From assembly GCA_051362555.1 (NCBI GenBank), contig CM120640.1, forward strand, positions 33,747,967-33,811,966: a stretch of 64,000 bases of DNA, read 5' to 3'. This document shows, one piece after another, positions 1 to 12,500 of this stretch. The stretch's first letter is position 1; each line of letters begins with the position of its first letter. Under the pieces are notes generated by a model. It was not told the DNA's origin and ran no database searches. It saw only the letters and a list, made by a program, of their open reading frames with translations. Origin of the DNA: Lingula anatina. Taxonomy: Eukaryota > Animalia > Brachiopoda. A program made the translations under genes and the position numbers.

Positions 1-947
1 CAATCAAGCAAGGCTAATTCCATTATTTCCAGAAGAAGTTTCAAATAATGAGTTGGGCAGGCACAACTTGCACACAATACGCTTTCTGAATACCCTGCCG
101 CACACAATTTTAATCGAATGGAAACAGTGATGCAGAAGTCTGACGGAACAACCTGAGCCGCACCAACTGTGCCTTTTTTTCCCAATACTTACAGTATCAA
201 TGGGTTATCTTCAAGATAGGGTTTCTAACCAATAGAAACTAATTAATTCTACAAGGTCAGGAGTTCCACCTCTCCTTTTCTAGCCGCTCCTGTTTCATGC
301 TGTGCATTGTCTTTGTTATACTTGGTACGGCTCGTTGATTGTTTCTTGAGCAGATTATTGCGATGTGGCAGATACATTTCAAAGAAGTTTGTGACAAAGC
401 CAGGTACAGAACCAACATTGTGTCATTTGCATGAATGAAACAATACTCCTTTGATAACAGAAATCCAATAACCTTGGTTATCCTTTTGATTTTACAGTAC
501 TTTGTTCACAGGTTAACTGATAAGACAAAGCAATTTTGGCATGGTACGGACACACTTTGTTTTATAAAGAAAAATAATAAAAAAAAGATATAAGATCCTA
601 CTGCTAATAATATAAAACTATTAATTAATTTTTTTTAAATCATAGAGTAAAAACTCATAAATAAGATCAGGAAAAGATTTATACAAGGAGTAACAGTTTC
701 CTGTTACAATATGTGTTTTATTACTGCCCATTTCATTCCCTATATTAATCAAATTATCTCTCAATTAATTCCACGGCCCAAATTAATTCATTGTAAATAT
801 TGTCTAAAATAATTGTTTCATGCCTGTCTTCAAATTAGGGACTTCCATTCATGCTGCACGTAAATCAATTATTCAAATACACAGTGTCCACATTCACATG
901 AACAAATTCACATTTGAATACCAAGTTTTTCATCCAGTCTTTGCAAA

Positions 948-978
<31 letters not shown>

Positions 979-996
979 GAGAGAGAAAGAGAGAGA
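948..996. repeat. (GA)n microsatellite
   Basis: gagagagaga... run seen directly; it produces the ERERER stretch of ORF 820..1026. Confidence 0.95.
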
Positions 997-3544
997 AGTA
1001 CATTTCAAATAGTAATTGCTGTTTGAGCAAATTTAACGAGTGCAACTTTTAAGGAGCAGGATACATGGTGGCTGAGACTGACTGTGGCTTAGATCAAAAA
1101 GACGCGGCGCGTATAAAAAGTGACGTCTTGGAAATAAGGGGCAATCGTAGCATGGCTCTGGGAGATCCAGGAGGCTTGTACAACCAATGATCCGTAACCA
1201 TGGCAATGTTGGGAATGGAAATGTTTTTGCATGACTTGCTGGCTTGGTAATGGAGCATTGCCATTAAATGTCAACTACATGCAAAGGGCTATGTTCTGGC
1301 AAACTATGCTTTATGAAGCAGAGACAGAATCGGGTCCAGCACTGCCCAGGTCAAATTTCATCTGTCCTCTTTAATAAAAACCTTCAGTTGCTTGATATTT
1401 CTATTATCACAGTATGTTCTGTTGGTTATTGTTAGAATCACCCTTTTTAAAATAAATCACTTCTGGATTTTAAAAAAAAGGCTCTTTGCTTTTAAGTTAG
1501 AGCCTTATTGATCTGCCATCAAAACTACGAGTCCGATATTTGATAGCATCAAATAGTTACTCTCTCCATCAACTTCAAATTAAATGAAAATGATACGATC
1601 ACAGTAACAATGTGTTTATGTGTGATCAGCGTTAATCTGTCACATTTTACAGAGAAAAAGATCATCTCACTACAACGCATTCATTTCACGACTCAATGTG
1701 GAGAAACACAAATTTGAGGAAAAGTGAAGCTAGGTGCTTTGCAAATCATCAATCTTCCAGCGGTCTTAGGGTATTTATTTTATGCTTGGCTTTAATGAAA
1801 TTAGCTCAAATTCCCCATGAATCGCAGGCGATTACATCGGGGGTAAAGCCAGCCTATCGCTAATAGTTTGTTCGACACAATTATCTCGGCATGACAATGT
1901 GAAAGGTGAATTTGATTAGAAATGCAAATGTTCCACACTGAGACAATCCAATGCCTGTAGGTAAAATACTCTTTGTGTTTTAATGCATTCACAGATTCCA
2001 GATCAATAAGTTTCCAGTGACAATGTGAAAGTAACACAATTATGTTATTACCACGAAAAGAATGAAAGCTAATGGCAGTCTGGTCTCTTTTTCTCTTTTC
2101 CCCATTAAAATGTAAGTTATAAGGTGCTTAATTACATTATTTTGTCAACAAACCGGGTGGAAGGTAAGGACGACGTGGTTACAAAGTGTGGGCCCAGTAA
2201 GTGGTGTCATTTTGTAGGGGTACACAGAAGCCATTGTTTTCTGGCAGATAATCTTGCTCAATATTTGCTTTATTTTCCATCCTTCCTACATTTCCTTTTT
2301 TGATCAACATGGCGGGATTGTTACTTTCCCACAGGCATGCCTAATGTTTTTTCAAGTAGTCATTTCCATTATTGAACTTTAAACTCATGTAAATAACTTC
2401 CTGTAAATTCTAAAATCGGACTGACACCATTTCCCACCGTTGAAACCAGAAGTCTGTTAAAAGATTACTTTTTTATTCTGAACAACTTACAATGGTCTAA
2501 TTAAATCTTAAACTCCTTTTCAGGTCAACAAAGCTAGTTAGGTCATCATTTATTGAAGTCAAGGGATCAGTCGCAAATTAGACACTTTAAATGCTATTTG
2601 AAGTATGGAAAAAGAGTCTCAATTGGGGCTTTCAGAGTCTGCATATCAGCAAAGTTTGTTTTATTGTCTCTCTCCAGAGATTTCTCAGTGACACGATCCA
2701 TGCTGACAACTACATGAAGCAATTATTGTGTTTGTTTATTGATGCCATGACTGATGACTGCAGGAAAATCATCAAAAATGCACAAAAAATTAATCAGATC
2801 TGGTGGGAAAGCCATGTCAGAAATTAAATTTCAGACATGATAGATGCTGCGATCTGCAGTTCCTCGATCTCACGGGATGCAGCGAATTGGATAATAAAAT
2901 TGACAAAGGGGGAAAAAATCTGCTCTTAAGAGACATCACAGCTTTTAAAAGACTCATGGCTGAAGAATTAAATGGTTTCAGCAGATATGTAGCATGCTCA
3001 CTGGGGACCTATGACAGATCATTAGTGGATAAAAACAGACTCCAGAGAGCCAATGGCCTGCCATCCAAGTGCTTCTGCTAAGTGACGTTAATCTTTCTTC
3101 TTTGAATTATTAATTAATGGACATTAATCCATAGATTGAGTTTGCCACCAGTGGAAAAAAATACTAATGGACTTTTTCATAATCTGGCTGCTTGGAAAAC
3201 ATTATCCAGCTAGTAACTGTTCAGGGCTGATCTTCAGTTTTTTGCCAAGACTGATATTCATATTAATTCTATCACAAGCTGTAAGATAATGCTGGCTTTG
3301 TCAGCAAGGAACTTCTGGCTACAGCAGGCTGAACAACTGGGAATAATTCTTACAGCAGCAAATATAAATCATGATATCTATCTCATGTTTAATGACTACT
3401 GTGTATTTTTTTTTTTTGCATCAAACTCTCATACAAGTAGCAAAACTCTTCTACCTGACATCAAACTGCCATCACACAATCAGTTTCTCTCTCTCTGTGT
3501 ACATAACAAACAAACGGAGCAGTTACAAAAAGAAAAAAACTTAC

Positions 3545-6500
3545 CTCGATGAAATTTGCCAGCAAAGCCGAGCTGAGTTCCTGCTCTATGATGCTCCTGT
3601 TTTGATCATTGTGGTAGCAGCAGACAATTAGCGTAGGGAAGAGGACATTGGTGAGGCGTGGGTCGCTGAAGTACTGGAACGGCAGGGCACAGAGTTGCTG
3701 GAGTACGGTGGGTGGACGTCCAATCTGGATCATCCCCTGGAAGACACAGCAGTCGAAATAAGACCACAAATGGATGCTAAGTGCCGTTTTATAGCCACCA
3801 AGTCTTAATGGAACGAGCATGATTGCGTGAAAAAAAGACAAGTTAAAAGCACTTGGAGCTTACAAACTTCACATGAATTCCATTTCCCTACATTAAAATC
3901 TCTAAGTCAATTACTGCTGATTAAATGTACATGAATGTAGTGGTTTATACAAACTGCAAGCTGCATGGGCAACAAAAGTTGGGGGTTAGTGCTAAAACAC
4001 GCTGCACTTACAGAGAGCGTCTAAGGCAAAAACACGCCTCTGTTTTCCAAACTATCACACCTCGCAGCACAATGTTGCATGTCAGAATGCAAGCTGGAAA
4101 AGTCATTTCTGCACATCTGAGAATTCTCAGGTTATTCCTCTAGCTCATAACTAATCACAGAATTACAGAAAAAAAGAAAGACAACGAATGCGTCAGCGAA
4201 TAATAATTATTCCACAGAAGAAGAAGAAGAAGAAGAAGAAAAAAAAAAACAACACTTTTTGAAATTCTAAACCCTGTCCCAATGTAAAACTGCCTTTCTT
4301 TAAATTTAATTAGCAGGACTGTTTTTGCAGTTGACTGCTTCTGTTTGATCACACATCTTTGGGAACTTGAGCTCAACCCTTGCATGATCTCCACTAAATC
4401 ATTTCATTATCCACTCCCATTAAATGATGCATTTTCTGGCGGAGCCAATCAGTCCTAAAAGCATCTTTGGTAAATGACATGAAATCGTTCCATTACACCT
4501 GTGCCATGTGATGACTCAGGTAACAATACATTCATAGATTTTACAATCAGTCACATTATCTCCGTTTGCCACACAAAACTGCGGCAAAGCTTGAAAAGGC
4601 CTTTTTGAAATTCCTGGCAATGTGCAGATAACATTGAATATGTGAACATGACAAGGCTGAGGGAAATTCAATGATGGATGCCTCTTGAAACCAGGAGACT
4701 TGCATTAACAAATTATCTTTTTTCCACACATTACACCTAAAATAATTTTCATTCATTTCCCTAATCCATAACATTCAGAAAAAATATGAGAATAACCATT
4801 TGGCACTAAGAGTGCTTATTCACCTAAGATAAAAGAAGATGAACAGTTTGATAATGCATAATCTTATATTTTGCATAATCTTATACTTATCAACATGGAA
4901 TCTTTTTTTTTTTTTTTTACTTAATTCACATGTATATTAATAATGGACTTGTTCTTAAATCAAGTATTAATATAAATTTTCATTTTTCTCTTTGGAGGAA
5001 CTCCTAAACCTAGAACTAACTTATCCTCTAGGCTTATAAAAAAAAAAAAAAAAACTGCTGTAGAGTCATAACATGTCACACTGTCAACAAACTATAATGC
5101 TCCTATTCTTGCCCATCCCTCACTAGGAAATCACACTTGTTGAGAACTCACATACGAAAAATTGAGAAAAAAAAAAGTTCGCCCAGAAACTCTAAGTGTT
5201 GCATTAATCTGCTTTTCAACACAGCCTTGCCCTGCCCTGCAGAGACGGCAACAAAGAGGATGGAAATAAGGAACCTGAATTTCAAAGCGGTGTGCTTAAA
5301 AGCATTCGAGCAAGTTCACCAGGATTTTCCCAAGCTTTCATGTTGGTCATAGGCCACTTATGAAAGCCCATTCACCTCCAATAACAAGACGGCCACAGAT
5401 CAATAAGTTAGTGATCTGGAAATCAGAGAACTTCTAATATTTGCTTGTGTCTATTTGGACGCTGAGCTATTGTTTCTCTTTATTGATTTCACTTCAAGGA
5501 CTGGTTGCGGCAAATAACAAAAGTGTAAGTTTCACATTTTTCTTGCTGGGCCCAGGGGGCAGCACTGTAACATCAAAGGATGAAAAGAAAGGGGAAAAAG
5601 CTTGCAGGGGGGGGGGAAGAGGTCATGCAAAGTCTGTATCTGACACTGATTTTAGAGGCACTTATTTCAGTTCATTCTTTCTATAAATGGAAGAGACAAA
5701 AAAAAAAAGTTAGATGTTATGCTAGTAAATATTTATAGCATGATATTCCTTGCCTTTATGTATATTACTCTCATGAATCATTCTTATGAGGTTTTCCACT
5801 GGTAAACACCTTAAACAGCCATCTGTAATGAAATCATTAACACCACACCTTGATTGCTACTTAAATACAGAAAAAGCACGAGAAATCTTTTCACACGACT
5901 GAGACTTCATGTGCCACGCTGAATTACGTCCACCCAAGCAGCAGTTCCCTCACCTGATTATCATGGTTTAATACGGTGAAATACCCAACACACAGCACTA
6001 CTTCGTGGAGCAACTCCTCGTTACTGTGGTGAGAGCAGTAAGAGATCAGGTGACTGGTAATATGGCGGTATTCTAGAGAGATGCCTTCTTGACCTAGAAC
6101 ACTCTGAAAACATAGTGGGGGAATAAATCAGACAACTGAAATCAAGTTAACACCTTTTTTTGTTTACTTAAATAAATACAGGGAGAAGGGTTGATTAAAG
6201 AGAACTGCATATGGTGGCAATTACCTATTATGCAGAATGAGCAAATGACTCATATTGAGATTTTTGATACTGCACTTGGGCAATTAACTAAAAAAATTAG
6301 TAATGCCCCGGATTTAACTCATAATGTTAATTTCAAGAATATGCCGGTAATTATTGTACTTCTCAAAATTTGTCTGTGGCTTTCTCTCTTTGCCCAGAAA
6401 ACATCTGCAGGCTTTTAAAATAAGAAAAGGAGAGGGGTCTGTTTAAGACAGGCGTCAACTGAAGTCAACGAGTACATCTCATCAAAAATAAAAAACAAAT

Positions 6501-9500
6501 TAAAAAAAAAATTCAAACCTGTGACATATTAAGGTCCAGGGTTGCAATAAAGTTGAGCATCTTAATTGCTGTAGTTGTGACACTGAGAGTGTGTTGGTTG
6601 AGCTCTGGAGGTGGGCTACTACCATGGTCAGGGGTGCCACTGTGTAACAGCATGCCGTACAATAACGAGACGACGCCCACCAGCTCCGTCACCTTGAATG
6701 TCGCTATCAGCTGGGTGGTGTCCTCTGGCTTCTTCTTGTCAAATATGTTTCTGTTTCTGTTGAAATAAGATATATTCATGGTGAAAAAGGTATTTTATTG
6801 TCTCTTGTGATAAAAAGTAAATTGCATTTGAAAATATTGACCAAGTCCATCATGCGATAAAAACCTTTCACTGAAGGGTTAAAACATCATAACTCACAGG
6901 GAGAAGGCAGATTTCATTTCTTTGAATGAAATACTTATTTATCAATATACTGACGGTTATGATTCTGAATTTATCAAAATCTTCAGCAAATGAAGAAGAA
7001 AAAAAAAACAATACTAAATTTTTACTAAAATGCTGGTCTTGCTGATCTTGTACAACATGGCTTAGAGACTTTTTTCTTATTAAAAGGTTAGTCTTTTATT
7101 ATTCTCAAAAATAATTTTTTGGTGACACCAGTTTTTTAACATATCATGATGGAAAAGAGTAAATCATTTCAAAAGAGACAAAGCTCAATAGGTAGAAGTT
7201 TGTAAAGAATTATTCTTTATGCCTTCTGTAAAAACACACCAAAACAACACGATTACTTGTTCTTCAGAAAACGGATAAATTTTTAAAGTTTAAAGCCTAC
7301 CTTTTGACTGAAAGTTTGATCATGGCAGTGAGTAGTCCCATACTGTGTTGTAGAAATTCAGCTGCATGTGGAGCATCATCTATTGGACCTCGTACATTGC
7401 TGAAGTAGATGGTCAGTTTGTCCATTATGCCTACCGCTATGATGTAACTGGAAATAAAATGAAACATTTTAAGTGTGGTAAAAAAAGTAAATTGCTTCTG
7501 AAAAGACAAAACATGTTTTTATCCTTATGAGACACATTGTTTTTATTTTTCATCAAAGTCCCTTGATCACATGTATTTCATCATCACTTTTCCGGTTCTA
7601 ATGACATACTATTAAATATCATCAATGCAAATATTGAAAGATTGTAGAAAGTGTTTTATGCAAAACACTTAATTTTCTTCATCATTCATTACTTAAATGC
7701 TCTGTTTTATACAATGATAACCAAAACATAGAAAATCATAGCATTCACATACAAACAAAATAAGTCAAAAATACACTGCAATTTTTATCACCACAACAAA
7801 ATTCATCTCAAGGTCATTCCATCCCGAGTACTGCACAAACCTTATGATATCGTTCCCTCTGCTCATGAAGGCATCCCCCGTGCTGCTCATCCTCTCTGCC
7901 GAGGCCTCACTGGAGTTAGAACTGGGGTTCTGTTTGGCTAGACAGGACAAGATGGTGGCTATCAGCTGCATCAGACTAGTACAGACTACATCATGGGGCA
8001 GGTGTGGAGTGGCTTGGGCAGTGCTGCCACCTAGGGCACTAGGGGGGCGAACATCTAGGTTGTCTGGTATTGTGAGCTGGAAAAGATAACAAGTGAATAT
8101 AAGTTTTGAAAAAAAGAATTGAATTTCAGAGTTTTGGATAAAATATTAAGTATTCACATTATGGCCTGGGTTCAAATGATTGTGCTGGTTGTAAAATGGT
8201 AAAAGTTTAACTACAAAGAAACCTAAGAATTGAACTAATTTTTTTATCTGATGAGGATAAAGAGCTGGTTGGACAAGAAAAATGAATATGGGAAATTATC
8301 TACTGCAATCATTCTTCTTAGTAAGCAAATGAGACTGACATTTCTTAGTATCAAAACTGATACTCATGTCTAGAAAATTGTGAAAACTTAGTATGAGTAC
8401 TTTCTATAGTGTCAGGTCATTATACTGAAGTATGTTATCACCACAGCAGATAAGTTTTCATGGGCAGTTAGTTCTTGAGCTTGGCAAGACAAATGAAGAG
8501 AGCTGTGGAATTATGTGTGAGATAATACACTGTCACCCGAGCGATATATGCCATAACACCTCGAGCGTCAGCGAGAGGTGTTCATGGCATATATCGCGAG
8601 AGGGTGACAGTGTATTATTTGACATACATACCGAGAAAAAATACAGTCATTTCATCCTAAAACACCCCTAAAAACGAATAAAGTGACCCTATATCACGCT
8701 CTAGAGATGTTATACAGAATAAACTCGTCCACGTGCGCTGGTCACCTCCCACCAAATTCTTACGTAATATCTGACCAATTTGGTCAATTTTTGTTATATA
8801 CTTGTCGTGGACGTTCATTTGCTTGAAAAGTATTTAATCAACCTGTCGACACTGACCATGCGCGTCTCAGCTGAGCCACACCTAGCTGGGACTGCTGCGG
8901 AAAAAAGGTCCAAGGCAAAACCTCTACTTTTTAGTGACATTTCTGATAAAAAAGGAGCGTCGGACCGGAATATAGTCAAACTAATTATTCACAAGTGTAA
9001 AGGAGAAAGAAATTTACTTTTTGGTGATATTTCTGACAACGAGGCAGTTTCGGAATATAGTCAAAATCGAGGATGTTTCACACAAGTTCACGGGAGTAAT
9101 AATTATAGTTTTCTATTGTTATTTCTGACGACGAGGCGGTTACGGAATATAGTCAAAATCAAACGGATGTTTATTTCAAGTCCACAGGAGTATAATTCTA
9201 CGTTTTGGTGACATTTTTTACTACGAGGCGGTTTCGGAATATACATGTGCTGGTTTTCAGAGCATTCATGTGCTATATGTAATTACAAGTTAAAAGGGGG
9301 AATGGAATACATTTGATTTTTTCCGATATATCTGATAAAGAGGAAGAAGAACAGCTTAAAAACAAAAGGTAAATAATAACACAACCCTCGTTAAAAAGTT
9401 ATAGATTTACAAATAATTTGTATACACGTGTGGCTTAAATGTTAACTAATTCCCGTTTTCAAACCATACCCATATTACATGACTTAGTGTAATAAAATGC

Positions 9501-12500
9501 TAAATAATAATTGTTAAACGTGAAACGTTTATGCTAATTTTCTAAGATTGTGAGAGATTTTAAATTTGTCTACTGGTAGGTATATAACGTAAGCAACGTC
9601 ACTATTCTCTTGATGCCAAGAAGGTCACATGATCACTGTCTTTGGCTTTCAGCATTTAAGAGACCTCGACTGATTTAACCAAGATGTAGTCGTGAAATTC
9701 TAGACTACATCGAGGTTAAATCCGAGTTCTCCGAGAGACGCTACGCAGAAATGTCAAGTGAAGCGAGACATTTTTGGGTAGCGGCTCGAGGTTGCCCTCG
9801 ATCTTCACTGAAGCTTGGCTAAATGGACAGGCTTCAGTGATCATCATATCGCCACGGTCATATAACATCCCTAGGTATGTATAACATCTACACCTACCAA
9901 AGGGACAATTTTTCTGTGAAATATGGGAGGAGGACAGTAAAATAATCATACCTAGATACTAAATATGAATCTACCATACTCACATTTAGTTGGTGACTTA
10001 ACAGATCTAACAAAGAACCAATCTTGTTGCTGAACAACAAGTAATGGCAATTCTCATAATTCCCCTTGCAGGCATACTTGTAAACGTTGCAGGCCAGTGC
10101 AAGAGATCTGAAAAAAAAAACAAAAACAAATGATTATTAATGAATTCTAGTGCATATACTGATAATCAAGTTCCTACAGTCACCTTACCCAAGAGTGAGA
10201 AGTTTGAAATGTATACAGTGCAAAATTTACCCAAACATTTCTAAATCATCACTATATAGTCTTATGCTTCAGACCAATTTCAAACTAAAGTTCTTTTGTA
10301 AACTGGGGGTCAAGTGTTAATATAACTAGTGTACATACTTGGCAGGTATTACAGGGGGCAGAGAATCCGTGCTTTGTTCAATGACCAGCAATAACCTGCT
10401 GAGGGCTGTCATCCCACCACAGATACGGAATGAGACCTGGTCAGCTGCAGTCTGGAAACAAAGATCAGAGGTCAGGGTTGTATTCTTAACTAAACTGCAA
10501 ATGTCTGGCCAAATTTAGTGACAAAGGTAATGAAAGGCACTTTCTTAATAAAGGAATTCAGAAGTGAATAATTTTAAAAAATCTATCAAAATGCACCTTT
10601 AAAGAAATGCTGTGAAACATGTTAATGAAGGAAAATGTACCACGAGCTGGAAAGTATGTCAATACTCATGACTAGAAAATTGTGAAAACTTGTTATGAGA
10701 ACTTCCGAAGTGTCAGTTTAATACACTGAAAAATATCTCATCACCACAATAGTCATGGAATGATAAGTTTTTACATTTGTTGTCCTTTAGCTGCAGTTGC
10801 ACACACACATGCCTTTTTCTCCAGTATTCTGCTGAGTTCTCCTAGTATTCTGTCTAACATAGAGACTCTACTCTGGGGCCATGGCCCACTACCCTGTGTC
10901 TGGAGAGATTTGTTGATGTCTTTTACCAGTTTCTGTAATCTGTGAAAAGATAAATGATTTCAAGTATAAATTTTTTTAATCAAACTGAATATAAAATACT
11001 AAAATATAAATATATGTTTCGCACGATATAGAACAAGAAATATAATTAACTTTATGTAAGATATCAGTTAATATGCTTTTTTCCCTGAATTTACCGAGGA
11101 AATTTTTTTTTTTCAAACATACTTGGCCTTCTGAGGAGACTCCCCAGTTGCTTGCTTGCCAGAGAGAGCATTTTCATATTCACTACCCCTAAATAAAATA
11201 AAAATAAAAATTCACTATAAACATTATAACATCCACTGGTGTGAAATATAAATAGATTCTACTTCATGAATCCGACATAACATGATCACATCTTAAACAA
11301 AGCCTTCATGTATGTGATATAAAATCAGTAAAAATTTAACCTACATTCAAACTGTACACCCTTTATAATGACCTTAAATAAAACACATCCATATTTCTGA
11401 AGGCAACGTCAAAAATTTTTTACATGTCATTCTGAAGGCCCTTACCTTGCCATCATCCTCTGTCTAAGTTTCTTGCAGCGTTTCTTCATGGCTTTCTGTC
11501 TTTCCTTGTCTGACATTATGGGCAGATCTGAGGCCTCTGGTGGAGCATCTTGTATATGCTTTAGATTGAATAGTTCCTAATAAAACAAAAAAGGTGCGAA
11601 ATATAAAATATGTTACCAAACCAGAGTTTTCAAAAGAAAAATCAAAAATGCTATATTTCACTTCCAGAAAAAGCACTCATTAAGCCCATCTGGATTTCAA
11701 TATTTTAAAGTGTCACAATGCCCTTTTCTTCTAGTGAACGGAATTTTTATTGATCAGTACAGTATAGTTGTAATACATATTTATACACAATAAACACATA
11801 CTATATCAGTCTTAGCCATGACTTTGCCCTGGTTATTTTCTTTTATCGCCTCTTGGTGTTTCTTCCCTCGTAAGTGACTTAGAAGGTAAACTTCTGAGGG
11901 AATCTGAAACAACACAGCAAAATAGAAGTACTGGTGGAAGTGAGAGTATTGAATCACATCTTCAAAATGTAATAACTTTTCATCTACCAAAATGCATTTC
12001 TGTGAATCAACTCCTCAGTATTAATGGCATATCTTTGAAAACTAACAATATGAATGCTCTAATACATCAAATGATAAATATTTATCATGTCCTCAATTCT
12101 AAAGTCATATTTTAGTGAATCACATCGTCTTAGTCTATATATACAATTTCACACATTTCACATATTTAAGAATTTAAGGACGTGTCGTTGTTAACTTTAG
12201 ATGGCATGTTTTATAATTCTAAGTTTTAATCTTTATACTGAGCACAGCACTGTTGTGAACATATTGTGTAGTTTAAATTAACTTTTCATCATCATTATTA
12301 TCATCATTCCTTACTGGCTGATGCCTTGAAAACTTAACATCTACATACCAGTACATTACAAACTTGACAGACTTTCATTGTGTCATATGGCACCAGTCTT
12401 GGCGCTTCATTGTGGTCCTCTGTGGAATGGTTGATCACACTCATCTCAAAAGCCTTCTCTCGGATCTGGTCCAGAATTACATTGTGACGTCTGGCAGTCT

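Noticed and set aside
232-400. Possible final SCAPER exon
   Set aside because: I found no acceptor plus reading frame giving the expected C-terminal RFP..W-like motif; the last exon probably lies outside the window.
820-1026. ORF with an ERERER charged tract
   Set aside because: It is the translation of a (GA)n microsatellite.
8780-9211. 143-aa ORF in a SCAPER intron
   Set aside because: It runs through the tandem units of a non-autonomous element, has a non-ATG start and shows no domain signal.
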